Positions 10,583 through 20,700 of a stretch of 64,000 bases of DNA are shown piece by piece (the stretch's first letter is position 1; each line of letters opens with the position of its first letter). The stretch covers positions 23,111 to 87,110 of the forward strand of contig JAIBAI010000004.1 of NCBI GenBank assembly GCA_019695235.1. The letters are read 5' to 3'. Position numbers and translations under genes: made by a program. The notes under the pieces were generated by a model that ran no database searches, was not told the origin of the DNA, and saw only the letters and a list, made by a program, of their open reading frames with translations. The DNA comes from Bacteroidia bacterium (GTDB lineage Bacteria; Bacteroidota; Bacteroidia; M30B66).

Positions 10583-13500
10583 TTAATTTACTGCTGGTTT
10601 AACAACTGAAACCGGTCTGGCTGCTTCCAGTTGTTCAAATGCAGGGCTCAATTCTTTCACCAATTGGTCACGTTTGGCACGTCGTGCAACCTGCAAAAGG
10701 AAGTTGTAAATAGACATATTCCGGTCGGCTTCAGAACTAAATTCTTTGTACACCTCTTTCTTTTGTTTGAAGTAGTAACTGGTTTCTTTTTGCAAAATTC
10801 CGGCGTAATCCTTTAATATCTTGTCGCCCTTGTCGGGTGCACCAGCCTTGTAGTAATCATCAGCAAGGTTAATAACAAAGAAATTATAGGGAATATTATT
10901 TTCCGGAAGCACTTCAAAAGCGCGGTCGAGCACCTTCAGTGTTGAATCTTTTTTGCCAACTTCGAGCAAGGCATTAGCCAGGCGATCGAAGGTACTGCGA
11001 AGATTCATTGTCATGCGCAGGTTGTTCTCATCCATATAGAGTGGATTTTTATCTACCCCACCCCATTTGAATTTCTCCATTACATTTTTGTACATCAAAT
11101 CTGGCTCTACCCTGCCCATGTTGTCGCCTCTTCCACTGCTTGGCGGATTTTTCACAGGCACCAGGCGGTAAGCCAGACCTTCAAGCTGGAAGTAATCCTG
11201 CAAGCCGAGATAACTGTCATCACCAACGGTGATTGCAAAATACACAGGTCGTTTCCAGTTATTCTGGGCCAGCAGGTCAAGAATCATCAAATCAGCTTTA
11301 AGCAGGTACTGGCGCTCAATTGAGAAATCTACTTCCTTCACCACCTGATTTGCCAGATGTTTTGGCACAGTACCATTGCTCAGTACGGTCGCACTGTCAA
11401 CGGGGATACTGAACTTATTGGATGGGAAATAATCAAAAAAGCGGTCTTCATAACGGAACTTCAGATTAGGGTCATCAGATGCTACGAATTTTATCATTTC
11501 ACGAATATCCTGGTATCCGGCAAGGCCTTTGTCAGCGATAATTATTTGTTCACGTTTTCCTTGCCTGTATTGGGCCGGGGTAAACGAAATAGGTACCGCA
11601 TCAGAGTCGTATGCTTTTCGACGAATCTGGTCAATGTACCAGTCGGTGTTGAGCAGACTCAGGTTCACCACTCTAACATCAGTACGAATTCCTTCAACTT
11701 CCTGGGCATACCAGAGGGGGAATGTATCGTTGTCGCCATTGGTAAACAGAATGGCATTCGGGGCACAAGAATTGAGGTAATTTGAAGCGTAATCACGCGC
11801 CGTATAGCGGTCAGAACGGTCATGATCATCCCAACCCTCCTTAGCCATCAGGCCTGGTACTGCCACCAAAGTGACAAGGGTAACCAATGAGGCTGCGATA
11901 GCTGCCGGGGTGTATTTTTTCAGGAATTCTATCAATCCGGCAACACCCAAACCGATCCAGATGGCATACACATAAAATGAACCTGCAAACCCGTAATCAC
12001 GCTCGCGTGGCTCGTTGGTATATTGGTTCAGGAAGATAATAATGGCTAACCCGGTAAAGAAGAAGAACAAGGATACGATTAAGAAGTCGCGTTTATCCTT
12101 ACGGTATTGGTAAATCAGGCCGATTAGCCCCAGAATAAATGGCAGGAAGTAAAACGAATTGTTGGCTTTGTTACCTGCCAGCGAAGGGGGTACGTCATTT
12201 TGTGTACCCAGCCTTGGAGCATCCATTGCTGCAATACCTGATTTCCAGCCACCGTCAGTTGATGGAGTACCATGCCCCTGCACGTCATTTACCCGACCGA
12301 TAAAGTTCCAGGCAAAATAGCGCAGGTACATAAATCCGACCTGGTAGCCAAAAAAGAATTTCAGGTTCTGGCCAAACGAAGGCTTACGCTGATTCTTCGG
12401 ATCATTCTTTATATCGGCCCAGCTTTTATAGCCTCTGATGTGCGAAGGTTGCGAGCTCCACATCCGGGGGAAAATGGTTGAATACTCTTTGTCGAAATTT
12501 GGCTCCTGATTGTCTTTTGGAGTTGAAACTACAATATACTTGCCGGTTTCACGATCGGGCGCATAAACAGTATTGCCGTCTTTGTATGGTTTAGAACGGT
12601 CAAGGGGTGCGTTGTAGTATTGTCCGTATACAAGTGGTCGCGTACCATATTGTTCACGGTTCAGGTACGACAGCAGTGTAAATACGTTTTCCGGATTGTT
12701 CTCATCCATTGGTGTATCGGCAGAAGAACGAATAACAATCATGCCGTAGCTGCCATATCCGATGAGCATCACGGTGATACATACTGTCAATGTATTTGCC
12801 AGCCGGAAGTTGTTTTTCTTTACCAGCATGAAGTAAGCCATCACCCCTACCGCAAGAATTCCGAAGAAAAGTCCGGAAATCAGCAGTAGCAGTACCGACA
12901 AGCTAATAAATGCAGGCATTTCTTTTTCATCAGAAGAAAATTTCAATGAAAGTATAATCAATACTACCAATGCAAGGATATATACCAATGCGCCTGTTCC
13001 GAAGGCCATTCCCATGCTGTTGGTAAAGAGTAATTCAAATTGTGCAGCAGTACCAACAACCTTTGGTATAAGGGCAAATTGAACAAAGCCCAGAAGCAAC
13101 ATTCCGAGTATGGCAGTAATTAAAATGCCAGCACCTGTTTTTTTGAACCTGCGGAAATAGAATACATAAGCTAATGCCGGAATAGTTAACAGGTTTAATA
13201 AGTGGACCCCTATACTCAAGCCCATCAGATAGGCAATCAGTACAAGATAACGATCGGCATGCGGTTCATCAGCTATGGCTTCCCATTTAAGCATCAGCCA
13301 GAATACAACTGCGGTAAAGAGAGAAGATGTAGCATAAACTTCACCTTCAACAGCTGAAAACCAGAAAGTATCAGAGAAGGTATAAGCCAAAGCGCCTACC
13401 AAACCTGAACCTACAATGGCAATTGTTTCAGCCATATTTGCAGGAGCTTTCCCTTTGGTAACAAATTTTCGCGCCAGGTGTGTGATGCTCCAAAAGAGGA

Positions 13501-13777
13501 ACAAGATGGTCAATGCGCTTGCCAATGCCGAAAAAAGATTCATCATCATGGCTACCTTAGAGGTATCGCCCATTGCAAATAATGTGGCAACACGGCCAAG
13601 AATCATAAACAGCGGAGCCCCGGGCGGGTGACCGATTTGAAGCTTATATGCTGTTGCAATAAACTCACCACAATCCCAGAAACTGGCGGTTGGCTCAATG
13701 GTGGTGCCATAGGTGTACATGGCGATGGCGAAAGTGAGCCAGCCCAGACTGTTGTTGATTAATTTGTATTGTTTCAT
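10583..13777 (-). CDS. DUF2723-family polytopic membrane protein (putative glycosyltransferase) with C-terminal TPR-like soluble region
   Basis: 1064 aa. The N-terminus has the SFWDCGEFIATAYKLQIGHPPGAP motif characteristic of DUF2723/TMEM260-like proteins. It has many predicted TM helices and a long hydrophilic C-terminal half. Confidence 0.7.
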   Translation of the reverse strand: MKQYKLINNSLGWLTFAIAMYTYGTTIEPTASFWDCGEFIATAYKLQIGHPPGAPLFMILGRVATLFAMGDTSKVAMMMNLFSALASALTILFLFWSITHLARKFVTKGKAPANMAETIAIVGSGLVGALAYTFSDTFWFSAVEGEVYATSSLFTAVVFWLMLKWEAIADEPHADRYLVLIAYLMGLSIGVHLLNLLTIPALAYVFYFRRFKKTGAGILITAILGMLLLGFVQFALIPKVVGTAAQFELLFTNSMGMAFGTGALVYILALVVLIILSLKFSSDEKEMPAFISLSVLLLLISGLFFGILAVGVMAYFMLVKKNNFRLANTLTVCITVMLIGYGSYGMIVIRSSADTPMDENNPENVFTLLSYLNREQYGTRPLVYGQYYNAPLDRSKPYKDGNTVYAPDRETGKYIVVSTPKDNQEPNFDKEYSTIFPRMWSSQPSHIRGYKSWADIKNDPKNQRKPSFGQNLKFFFGYQVGFMYLRYFAWNFIGRVNDVQGHGTPSTDGGWKSGIAAMDAPRLGTQNDVPPSLAGNKANNSFYFLPFILGLIGLIYQYRKDKRDFLIVSLFFFFTGLAIIIFLNQYTNEPRERDYGFAGSFYVYAIWIGLGVAGLIEFLKKYTPAAIAASLVTLVTLVAVPGLMAKEGWDDHDRSDRYTARDYASNYLNSCAPNAILFTNGDNDTFPLWYAQEVEGIRTDVRVVNLSLLNTDWYIDQIRRKAYDSDAVPISFTPAQYRQGKREQIIIADKGLAGYQDIREMIKFVASDDPNLKFRYEDRFFDYFPSNKFSIPVDSATVLSNGTVPKHLANQVVKEVDFSIERQYLLKADLMILDLLAQNNWKRPVYFAITVGDDSYLGLQDYFQLEGLAYRLVPVKNPPSSGRGDNMGRVEPDLMYKNVMEKFKWGGVDKNPLYMDENNLRMTMNLRSTFDRLANALLEVGKKDSTLKVLDRAFEVLPENNIPYNFFVINLADDYYKAGAPDKGDKILKDYAGILQKETSYYFKQKKEVYKEFSSEADRNMSIYNFLLQVARRAKRDQLVKELSPAFEQLEAARPVSVVKPAVN

Positions 13778-13946
13778 CTTTTGTTTACCTAAACGAATAT
13801 GGTGGTGTTAGCTGAAAAATTCAAAGCGACGAAAATAGGAAAGCCTGAACTATTTTCTTAGGTGCTAAGGAAGTAAATAAACGCCACAATTGATTATTAT
13901 TTTGATTTACAGCTACTTATTAAAAAATAATAATTTTTAACATCGA

Positions 13947-13977
13947 ATTGCGCATTTAACGGGATTTGTTAATTTTG
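13947..13977 (+). promoter_or_regulatory. Bacteroidetes-type sigma-A promoter for tRNA-Gln (TTG ... TAATTTTG)
   Basis: TTG at 13947-13949. TAATTTTG (matches the -7 consensus TAnnTTTG) at 13970-13977, 20 bp downstream of the TTG and about 10 bp upstream of the tRNA 5' end. Confidence 0.4.
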
Positions 13978-13986
13978 CCGCACTTT

Positions 13987-14059
13987 TGTCCGATGGTGTA
14001 ACTGGCAACACGTCTGATTTTGGTTCAGAAGAGTCTAGGTTCGATCCCTAGTCGGACAA
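13987..14059 (+). tRNA. tRNA-Gln (anticodon UUG)
   Basis: Manual cloverleaf: acceptor TGTCCGA/TCGGACA, D-stem GTGT/ACAC, anticodon stem TCTGA/TCAGA with loop TTTTGGT (anticodon TTG), T-stem CTAGG/CCTAG with loop TTCGATC, discriminator A. 73 nt, no encoded CCA. Confidence 0.85.
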
Positions 14060-14064
14060 CAAAA

Positions 14065-14085
14065 GCCCCGCAAAGCGGGGCTTTT
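14065..14085 (+). terminator. rho-independent terminator after tRNA-Gln
   Basis: GCCCCGC-AAA-GCGGGGC hairpin followed by TTTT. Confidence 0.6.
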
Positions 14086-14182
14086 GTCATTTTACATCAC
14101 CGGTGTTCATATTCTAAGAAATGTAAACTTCCGGCACAAGAATTCCCGCCTATATTTGTCAGCAACAATTCTACTGTTCGCA

Positions 14183-15490
14183 ATGGGTATTCAAAACATC
14201 CTGTTCATATTGGTTTTTGCTTTTGCAGTGGTACTTTTCACCAAAAACGTACGCAAAGTAATCCGTAACATTCGTTTAGGCATGCCGCTTGACCGTACCG
14301 ACCGCAAAGCAGAGCGCTGGAAGCTCATGCTGAAGGTTGCCCTCGGCCAGAGCAAGATGGTGGTACGCCCAATTCCGGCAATTTTACATCTTTTTGTATA
14401 TGTTGGCTTTGTAATCATTAATATTGAAATACTTGAAATCATCATTGATGGTTTTTTTGGTACTCACCGGGTATTTGCTCCCCTACTAGGCAGTTTTTAC
14501 AATTTTTTAATTGGTTCATTTGAAGTACTTGCATTACTCGTCCTTGTGGGGGTTGTCGCTTTTTTTGCACGCCGCAATTTCATCTACATAAAACGTTTCC
14601 GTCAAAAAGACCTCGATGGCTGGCCGAAATCAGATGCCAATATCATTTTAATTACTGAAGTCTTTTTGATGTCGGCATTCCTTGTAATGAATTCAACAGA
14701 TGCGATATTGCAAACAAGGATGGTCGAACATTATTCTCAGGCTGGTTGGTTTCCGATAAGCAATTTGCTCGTACCGGCATTCAGCCATCTTAGCACCGAG
14801 GCTTTAATCATGATAGAGCGGGGCACCTGGTGGTTTCACATTTTAGGAATTCTGGCTTTTTTAAATTACCTGGTTTATTCAAAGCATTTCCACATTATTC
14901 TGGCATTTCCGAACGTATGGTACGCTAACCTTGAAGCCAAAGGCCGCATTCGCAATATGCCAGAGGTTGCCAACGAGGTAAAACGCATGATGGATCCATC
15001 GGCTGTGGTGCCTGAGCCGGAAGGTGCTGTTAAGTTTGGTGCCAGAGATGTACATGACCTTAGCTGGAAAAGCCTGTTGGATGCATACACTTGTACTGAA
15101 TGCGGGCGATGCACCTCTGAGTGCCCGGCAAACATCACAGGTAAATTGCTCAGTCCGAGATTGGTGATGATGAAAACCCGCGACCGCCTGGAAGAAGTAG
15201 GTCGGAATATTGATAAAAATAAAGGTCAGTTTGTACCTGACGGCAAGTCTTTGCTGCATGATTATATCAGTCCGGAAGAACTATGGGCATGTACTACCTG
15301 TAATGCTTGCGTACAGGCCTGCCCGGTAAACATTGACCCTCTGAGCATCATTATTGATTTGCGCCGTCAACTTGTCATGGAAGAAAGTGCTCCACCTCCT
15401 GCGCTGGCATCTATGTTCAGCAACATGGAGAACAACGGAGCCCCCTGGCAGTATGGTCAGGCCGACCGTTTAAAGTGGACTGAAGAATAG
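14183..15490 (+). CDS. membrane-anchored (Fe-S)-binding oxidoreductase subunit: N-terminal polytopic (HdrE/NarI-like) domain fused to a 2x[4Fe-4S] ferredoxin domain
   Basis: About 5-6 predicted TM helices with conserved His residues, followed by CTECGRCTSECPAN and CTTCNACVQACPVN (two CxxCxxCxxxCP clusters). The tool ORF starts at 14084, but that start overlaps the tRNA terminator, so I prefer the in-frame ATG at 14183 (MGIQNILFILVF...). Confidence 0.7.
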   Translation: MGIQNILFILVFAFAVVLFTKNVRKVIRNIRLGMPLDRTDRKAERWKLMLKVALGQSKMVVRPIPAILHLFVYVGFVIINIEILEIIIDGFFGTHRVFAPLLGSFYNFLIGSFEVLALLVLVGVVAFFARRNFIYIKRFRQKDLDGWPKSDANIILITEVFLMSAFLVMNSTDAILQTRMVEHYSQAGWFPISNLLVPAFSHLSTEALIMIERGTWWFHILGILAFLNYLVYSKHFHIILAFPNVWYANLEAKGRIRNMPEVANEVKRMMDPSAVVPEPEGAVKFGARDVHDLSWKSLLDAYTCTECGRCTSECPANITGKLLSPRLVMMKTRDRLEEVGRNIDKNKGQFVPDGKSLLHDYISPEELWACTTCNACVQACPVNIDPLSIIIDLRRQLVMEESAPPPALASMFSNMENNGAPWQYGQADRLKWTEE

Positions 15491-15491
15491 C

Positions 15492-16151
15492 GTGAGGAAA
15501 TCAGTTTACATCAGTAGCCCTCCTGAAGAAGCAGCACTATTTAGCAGGCGGGTAGAAGGCTGTGGTTTTAGGGTGCATGCCGCTATACCCTATCGCTACG
15601 AAACCATTGAAACAGGCTATCTTCCATTTACCGACTGGATTTTCTTTAAAAACCCTCAGGCAGTTATTCATTTTTTTGGCCAGGATTTGCTTGCCCCTGC
15701 TACTGCCATGATTGGCGCTGCTGACAGCAGAACCGCCACAGCATTAATGGAAATTGGCATACAACCTTCATTTGTTGGTACAGATGGTGAACCTTCAGCA
15801 ACCCGGGAAGGCTTTTCCGCTGCTGTGAAAAACAGGGATGTATTGTTCCCTTGCGGAGATAAGGAGTGTATAGCTCCTTTCGAGAAGCCTGGTTTTTCTG
15901 CACCCATCATCAAACTTCCCATTTACCAGTTTGTTCCGGAGCATATAACTGGTTTGCAGGCTGAAATTTTTGTATTTACAAGCCCTATAGCTGTCGAGGC
16001 TTTTATCGGTTCCAATGGCTTGCCAGAAGGCACCCTTCTTGCTATAGACCATTACACCTTTGAAGCTTTGCACCAACTCGGATTGCAAGCAGCATGTGCG
16101 CCAAGTGCTAACCTTGAGGCGCTTGCTGATTTAGTTTGTGCACTCGCTTAA
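15492..16151 (+). CDS. uroporphyrinogen-III synthase-like (HemD family) protein
   Basis: 219 aa with a GTG start 1 nt after the upstream stop. Resembles HemD at DWIFFKNPQAV (HemD family: DWIxFTSxNAV), VLFPCGD (VLxPRGD) and LPIYQFVP (LPVYRTVP). There are no Cys-rich CCG motifs, so it is not the usual HdrD-like partner. Confidence 0.5.
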   Translation: MRKSVYISSPPEEAALFSRRVEGCGFRVHAAIPYRYETIETGYLPFTDWIFFKNPQAVIHFFGQDLLAPATAMIGAADSRTATALMEIGIQPSFVGTDGEPSATREGFSAAVKNRDVLFPCGDKECIAPFEKPGFSAPIIKLPIYQFVPEHITGLQAEIFVFTSPIAVEAFIGSNGLPEGTLLAIDHYTFEALHQLGLQAACAPSANLEALADLVCALA

Positions 16152-17357
16152 TTAAGGCTGCAAAAGTTCATTTACTGCCAGCCATGCCATCATCCCCATT
16201 CCGGTAATCAGGGCTTGTTCGTCAATATCAAATGTGCTGGTGTGAACACCTGAAGTGTATGCGCCGTTTTGCCCTGCTGTACCAAGCCGGTAAAAACAAG
16301 CTGGCATTTCTTGTGCAAACCATGCGAAGTCTTCGGCAGTCATTCTCATATCAAGGTTCACTACTTGTTCTTTGCCAAGGTATTCTTCAGCAGCATGACG
16401 GCTGCGACGGGTGAGTGCTTCGTGGTTATATAATACCGGATAACCTCTGCTAATCTCAACATCTGCCTTTGCCCCGTAAGCATGGGCTGTTTCGGTGGCA
16501 ATGCGCAAAATTTGTTCATGTGCTTTATTGCGCCATTGTTCATCCATGGTTCTGAATGTACCTTCAAGCAAAACCTCATCAGGTATCACATTGGTAGCGC
16601 CATTTGCGATAACCTTGCCAAACGAAAGTACAGTGGGAACCAGCGGTGGCGCAAAGCGGCTGCTGACAGCTTGCATGGCTACCAGCATTTGAGCGGCAGT
16701 ATGTACCGGGTCAACCAGCTGATGGGGCATGGCTGCATGGCCTCCTTTGCCTCTGACTTTTATAAAAATTTCATCTGAAGATGCCATATAGCGCCCTTCC
16801 CGAAAGCCCACCATACCGGCAGGCAGGGTAGGAAACACATGTTGCGCAAAAATTGATAAAGGATGGCGGTCTTGAAATACACCATCTTCAAGCATTAGCC
16901 TTGCTCCACCAGGATGCTGCTCTTCTCCCGGCTGAAAAACAAGTACAACTGTGCCCGGGAGGTGCTCAGCAAGAGAATGGAGAATCATTCCAGCACCCAA
17001 CAGACAGGCACTGTGCACATCATGGCCGCAGGCATGCATCACCCCATCATTTATTGACTTATATGCGGTTTTGTTGGTTTCCTGAATTGGCAATGCGTCC
17101 ATGTCGCCCCGGAGTGCAACCTGCCGGCCATCAGACGCACCTTTGATTTCTGCCCGAATACCTGTTTTTACCAGCCCGGCGACAAAAGGGATACCGGCAT
17201 CCTTTAATAAGTTTTGAAGATACTCACTGGTTTTAAATTCGTTGAACGAAAGCTCAGGGTGCTGATGTAAATGCCTTCGTACTTTTTGAATTGAAGGGAA
17301 AATATTTCCGGCGGCAGACTGGATTTTTTCCCGCCATTGACTAGCGTTTAAACTCAT
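16152..17357 (-). CDS. M20D-family amidohydrolase (N-acyl-L-amino-acid amidohydrolase / hippurate hydrolase-like)
   Basis: 401 aa. MHACGHDVHSACLLGAGMIL metal-binding block and overall M20 peptidase / amidohydrolase organisation. Confidence 0.8.
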   Translation of the reverse strand: MSLNASQWREKIQSAAGNIFPSIQKVRRHLHQHPELSFNEFKTSEYLQNLLKDAGIPFVAGLVKTGIRAEIKGASDGRQVALRGDMDALPIQETNKTAYKSINDGVMHACGHDVHSACLLGAGMILHSLAEHLPGTVVLVFQPGEEQHPGGARLMLEDGVFQDRHPLSIFAQHVFPTLPAGMVGFREGRYMASSDEIFIKVRGKGGHAAMPHQLVDPVHTAAQMLVAMQAVSSRFAPPLVPTVLSFGKVIANGATNVIPDEVLLEGTFRTMDEQWRNKAHEQILRIATETAHAYGAKADVEISRGYPVLYNHEALTRRSRHAAEEYLGKEQVVNLDMRMTAEDFAWFAQEMPACFYRLGTAGQNGAYTSGVHTSTFDIDEQALITGMGMMAWLAVNELLQP

Positions 17358-17722
17358 TTTTGAAATATTATACGGAGTGCCATAATCAGAATGAATACCC
17401 CAAAAATTCTTTTCATAGTATGGGGGTCAATTGCAAGTGCAATCTTTGAACCCAGGAAGGCCCCTCCGATAAAACCCAAACCCATTAAGAGGCTGTACCG
17501 CATATCGAAATTCCCTGCTTTATAGTAGTTGTATGCGGCCATGAATCCCACCGGTAACATAAGCATCCCAATACTAACCCCCTGGGCTTTGTGTTGACTT
17601 AGGTGCATAAAAAACACCAGTGCCGGAACAATAATAATACCGCCACCAATACCTACCATTCCACTGACTATACCTGCGCATAATCCAATCAATACAAGAA
17701 TTAAAAGTTCTGAGACGCCCAT
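17354..17722 (-). CDS. TauE/SafE (DUF81) family membrane protein, half-length (122 aa)
   Basis: LLILVLIGLCAGIVSGMVGIGGGIIIVPALVFF is the signature N-terminal TauE/SafE block, with 4 predicted TM helices. Its stop overlaps the start of the downstream amidohydrolase by 4 nt. Confidence 0.55.
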   Translation of the reverse strand: MGVSELLILVLIGLCAGIVSGMVGIGGGIIIVPALVFFMHLSQHKAQGVSIGMLMLPVGFMAAYNYYKAGNFDMRYSLLMGLGFIGGAFLGSKIALAIDPHTMKRIFGVFILIMALRIIFQK

Positions 17723-17732
17723 TTTATTTTAG

Positions 17733-20700
17733 TTAAAAATCATTACAAAACGAAAGATACATAACAGGTGCAAGCAGGTGTTGGTCATATATCCCTCTTG
17801 CATAATCGAACCGTACAAAGTAACCAAAAATTCGGGCACGCAAACCTATTCCCGTACCAAATACCAAGGGATTGTACAGATTCTTCAAAGTAACAGTAAT
17901 TGGGCCGTTCTGAATAATTGTATGGTTAAATACATTTTTATCAGACCAGGGATGGGGGCCGGTAAAGGCACTACCCACATCGAAAAAAGGCACCAATTGT
18001 AGAGAATTTATAAGTTCATTCTTCAAGGGATAATGACTGAAAAAGCGCACAGGATTCCATCTTAATTCAGCATTGAATAAAGCAAAGCAATTACCACTCC
18101 TTACCTGTTGCCTATAACCGCGCATATTAGTTGCAATGGTTTGAAAAACATAAGTGTTTTTTGCGTCAGCCGACACGCCCGGTTCTATGTCAGGATTAAA
18201 CCAATTGTCAACGCCACCAAGCATAAACAATAATTTCCCGGGGCCAAAAGAACCTGCAGCTGCAAAGCGAAGTGCGAATATTGTTTCACGAACAATAGGT
18301 ATATAATGTCGCAGGTCAACACCCAAAACGCCAACCATTGGTTTGTCACTTCCATAACTAAAAAAGAACTCCGATGTGAGCTTGGCACGCGTGCCCGAAA
18401 GCATATTCTTTCCGTAGGGGAAAGTGTTGTCGAACACATATTCAAGTTTCGGTTGCAGCCAGTGTGTAAATGTGGTTTTTTGTTTTAAGCTGGCCAAATC
18501 AGAAGAAAGATAAATGTGTTGGTCATTGCGATATGCAGCTCCAAAACTAACTTTCGACAAAGGTGAAAATGGCCAACCAAAAATTGATGATATCGTATGA
18601 GTCACAATCTTCTCATCAGCGCTATTATCTAAACGCAGGCTCTGCCTATGGACAGAATATAACTTATCAAGTCTTCGCTTCTGATTCTGGAATGCAAGTA
18701 AGTATTCATTTCCTGAAAAATCGCCTGATAATCGAACACCCGCAATAATGCGATAATCCTCAAACAAATCAGCAATTCCAAATCGAAACATGCCATTTAA
18801 AGGTGGGTTTACGTACCCTGCCTGCCCCGTAAAAGGCTGGTATGACTGATTTAGATATGCCCGGTCTATTCGGGCACTGAACTTCTCGAGGTACCAGGTA
18901 GTAAAGTAGATTCTTTGAGTAGGGATTTTAAAAGTATCGCTACTTGCAGGCAGCAGAATATTATTCGAATCGGTCGAATTATCCTTACCAAAAACGACAA
19001 TCCTTTTCGGTTTGTCTTTTTGCAACTCTGGTTTCGGCACTGTTTTACCAACTACACTATCGGATGACTGCATGATATGCTGGCCCCACATTGCATGAGA
19101 CAAAATGGAGTTTGTTTTTTGTAAATCAATATTGAGATATCGTAAATTTATTCGACCTATATTTCTAAATATTTCAACCGCCATTCCAGATGAATGAACA
19201 TCATTAACAAGTACTGAATTATTATAATTCGTCAATGGGTATTTCCTCAATAAATAACGATAATGCACCAGTGTATCAACATGTGTAATTGCACTGTCGA
19301 CCTGCCCTAAAAAAATATTTTTAACACCATTCTCATCAGAGAGAAATGTCAAAGATTTATTACTGACAGGTACTGGATAACGTTCATCAATTTGAGGAGA
19401 ATTACTCAAACGCAAACAACTCTTCGTGGCACTTACGGGATGATATAAAAATAAATCGTGGTTGTTGTTCAGCGAACTGAAATTAGGTTTTGATTTTGTA
19501 AACAGTGAATCATTGGTTCTATTAGAACTAAAAACAAATGAATTTCCATCTGGAAACCATCTGGCTTCTGATTCATCAAAACCATCATTGCTCAGCTGTT
19601 CAATTGTGTTGGAAACATTATTAAAGATAAAAAGGTCTTTATATCCGTTTTTTATTGCAGTCATCAGAATTTTTCTGCCGTCAGGCGAAATATCTATACT
19701 GCATAATTTCGTAAAAAATTCAAGATATTTTTGTTCTTTTCTTCCGGATGGTAGGTGGTAATAACGAAGGAGAATTCTTCCTTTATTTTCATCAGAGAAC
19801 AACAACCATTCATTGTCGGGATGCCATGCAATAAGAGGATATGAAAGGTCGGTTATATCCGGAATTTTTTTACCCGTTTTAATAGTTTTTACTATCTTCC
19901 TTTCTTGTACATCGTAAATATAAATTACCTGTTTTCCATAACAATTTTCAACCCAGGCAATATGCTTTTTATCATTGCTGATTCTTGTTGATGTTACTAC
20001 AGAATTCTTTTTTATTTTTCTATAAAAAACAATTGAATCATTGTTGGTTTTTATGGTATTGTCTATGGTGAAATAACTATTAAAATACTTTCTCCAACCT
20101 TCCAATATTTCTGATTGTTTATGGCCCAACACATAAATAAAACTATCATCAATATTCCGGCTCATATATGCCACATCAAGCATATCAAGAATTACACTCT
20201 CTCCAAAAGTTTTTGCTATATATTTCCAAACAGAACTCCCGGCAACAGCAGCTTCTTTCCCCGTTAATCGGTCAGGGTACTTAAACCTCCCGGAGCGCAT
20301 GCCATCGCGTAAAATATCTTCGTCAGTACTGGTCCATTCGCTTGCCAACCATGATATCAAGCCATTAAAGTACCATTCGGATAGGTGCAGAAATGCGGCG
20401 CTCCTGATTTTCTCCCGAAATTCGGTACCCAGTAGCAACTCTGATACAAATGCTGTAGCAATGCCTTCACGTAGCTGAGTATACAATTGCGCATACCCAT
20501 CTTCCATATAAAGCAGCATTTTCCCTCCTTCGTGCATGGTGGTGCCTCCAAGGCTTTGGGAGCCCAAAACACCGGTGCCTAAATTTGTCTGTTTCAGGTC
20601 TGAAAGCCGGTTAAAAACAACAATCTGAAGTCTCCCTTCCAAAGGATAGCTAAATCGTTGCTCATATTGCTGAAGATAAGCCTCAGCTGCCCTGGCAAGC

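Noticed and set aside
14084-14182. Upstream ATG start for the Fe-S membrane protein given by the ORF track
   Set aside because: This start overlaps the 3' end of tRNA-Gln's terminator hairpin (14065-14085). The in-frame ATG at 14183 yields a sensible N-terminal TM helix.
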